Source of the DNA: Octopus sinensis
Taxonomy: Eukaryota
NCBI RefSeq assembly: GCF_006345805.1
Contig: NC_043002.1
Span: 39,370,001-39,434,000, forward strand
Direction of reading: 5' to 3'
DNA length: 64,000 bases
Each line of letters starts with the position of its first letter. Position 1 is the first letter of the stretch. Of this stretch, positions 63,311 to 64,000 are shown in pieces. The position numbers and the translations under genes were made by a program. The notes under the pieces are model-generated. The model searched no databases and was not told the DNA's origin. It saw only the letters and a program-made list of their open reading frames with translations.

Positions 63311-64000
63311 TGTTTGTCCATTCGCTTGTGTGTGTGTGAGCGTGTTTCTTCCCTCCACACCATCACTTGACAACTAGTTTTGATTTGTTTATGTCCCTGT
63401 AACTTAGTGGTTCAGCAAAGAACACCCTTAGAATAAGCACCAGGCTCAAGAAATAAACACTGGTGTTGAACTCTGACTAAAACTCTTCAAAGCATTGCTC
63501 AAGCACAGAATGATGGTGGTGAGGCTGATGATGATGTAAATGATGACAACGATGATAATGCAATAAACTTGATAATAGTACATTTTTGGTGAAACCAGTT
63601 GCCATAGCTTAAATTCCTTTTTGCAGTCACTTTGTATTACTCACGTCACTAGTGTCCTTGAGAAAGACATGAATATAACGTGATCTCACTGACTTTTCCT
63701 CCTATAAAATCTGATGGTGCTTTATGTTGCTTGAAGTGGACAATATTGACTATAGAATTTTAACAGATAAATTAACATTAAAAAAAAAAAGAATTGTGAA
63801 TGTGTAGTGTGCTGAATCTGCAGACTTGCTTCCATCGATCAAACTGGAAAGTACACACTCCTCTTGTTGATGAGTTAGCTATTAAAACACAACTCAATAC
63901 TTCACACAATACTTTAAAATATATAATTTTTTTAGAATCATTTAACCCATGTTAGCTGCTCGTAATGGCAGAGAGATAATCCAACAATTTCAAAAATATA

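Overview
AT-rich, microsatellite-dense eukaryotic genomic DNA. The repeat families resemble those of coleoid cephalopods (Octopus-like); this is an inference from repeat content. The only intact host gene is a complete 7-exon, plus-strand cathepsin Z/X (papain-family carboxypeptidase). Its CDS is join(18372..18514,29674..29792,40809..41033,48575..48725,52622..52697,54875..54967,60999..61115), 924 nt, 307 aa, with all introns GT-AG and phases consistent. The rest of the window is transposon debris: non-autonomous Helitrons (including a head-to-tail dimer whose empty site is also in the window), a broken RepHel, a full-length dead mariner, RTE, CR1 and R4/Dong-like LINE fragments, an ORF1-only retro-like element, hAT MITEs and several tRNA-derived SINE families. 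The most unusual signal is a set of small Penelope-like modules, several embedded in (TA)n. They carry minimal hammerhead-ribozyme folds, including a candidate G3-C8 core variant and a tRNA-headed SINE ending in a hammerhead-type tail, and several occur as fold-back palindromes. Repeat boundaries were read by eye and are approximate; exon boundaries were checked base by base.
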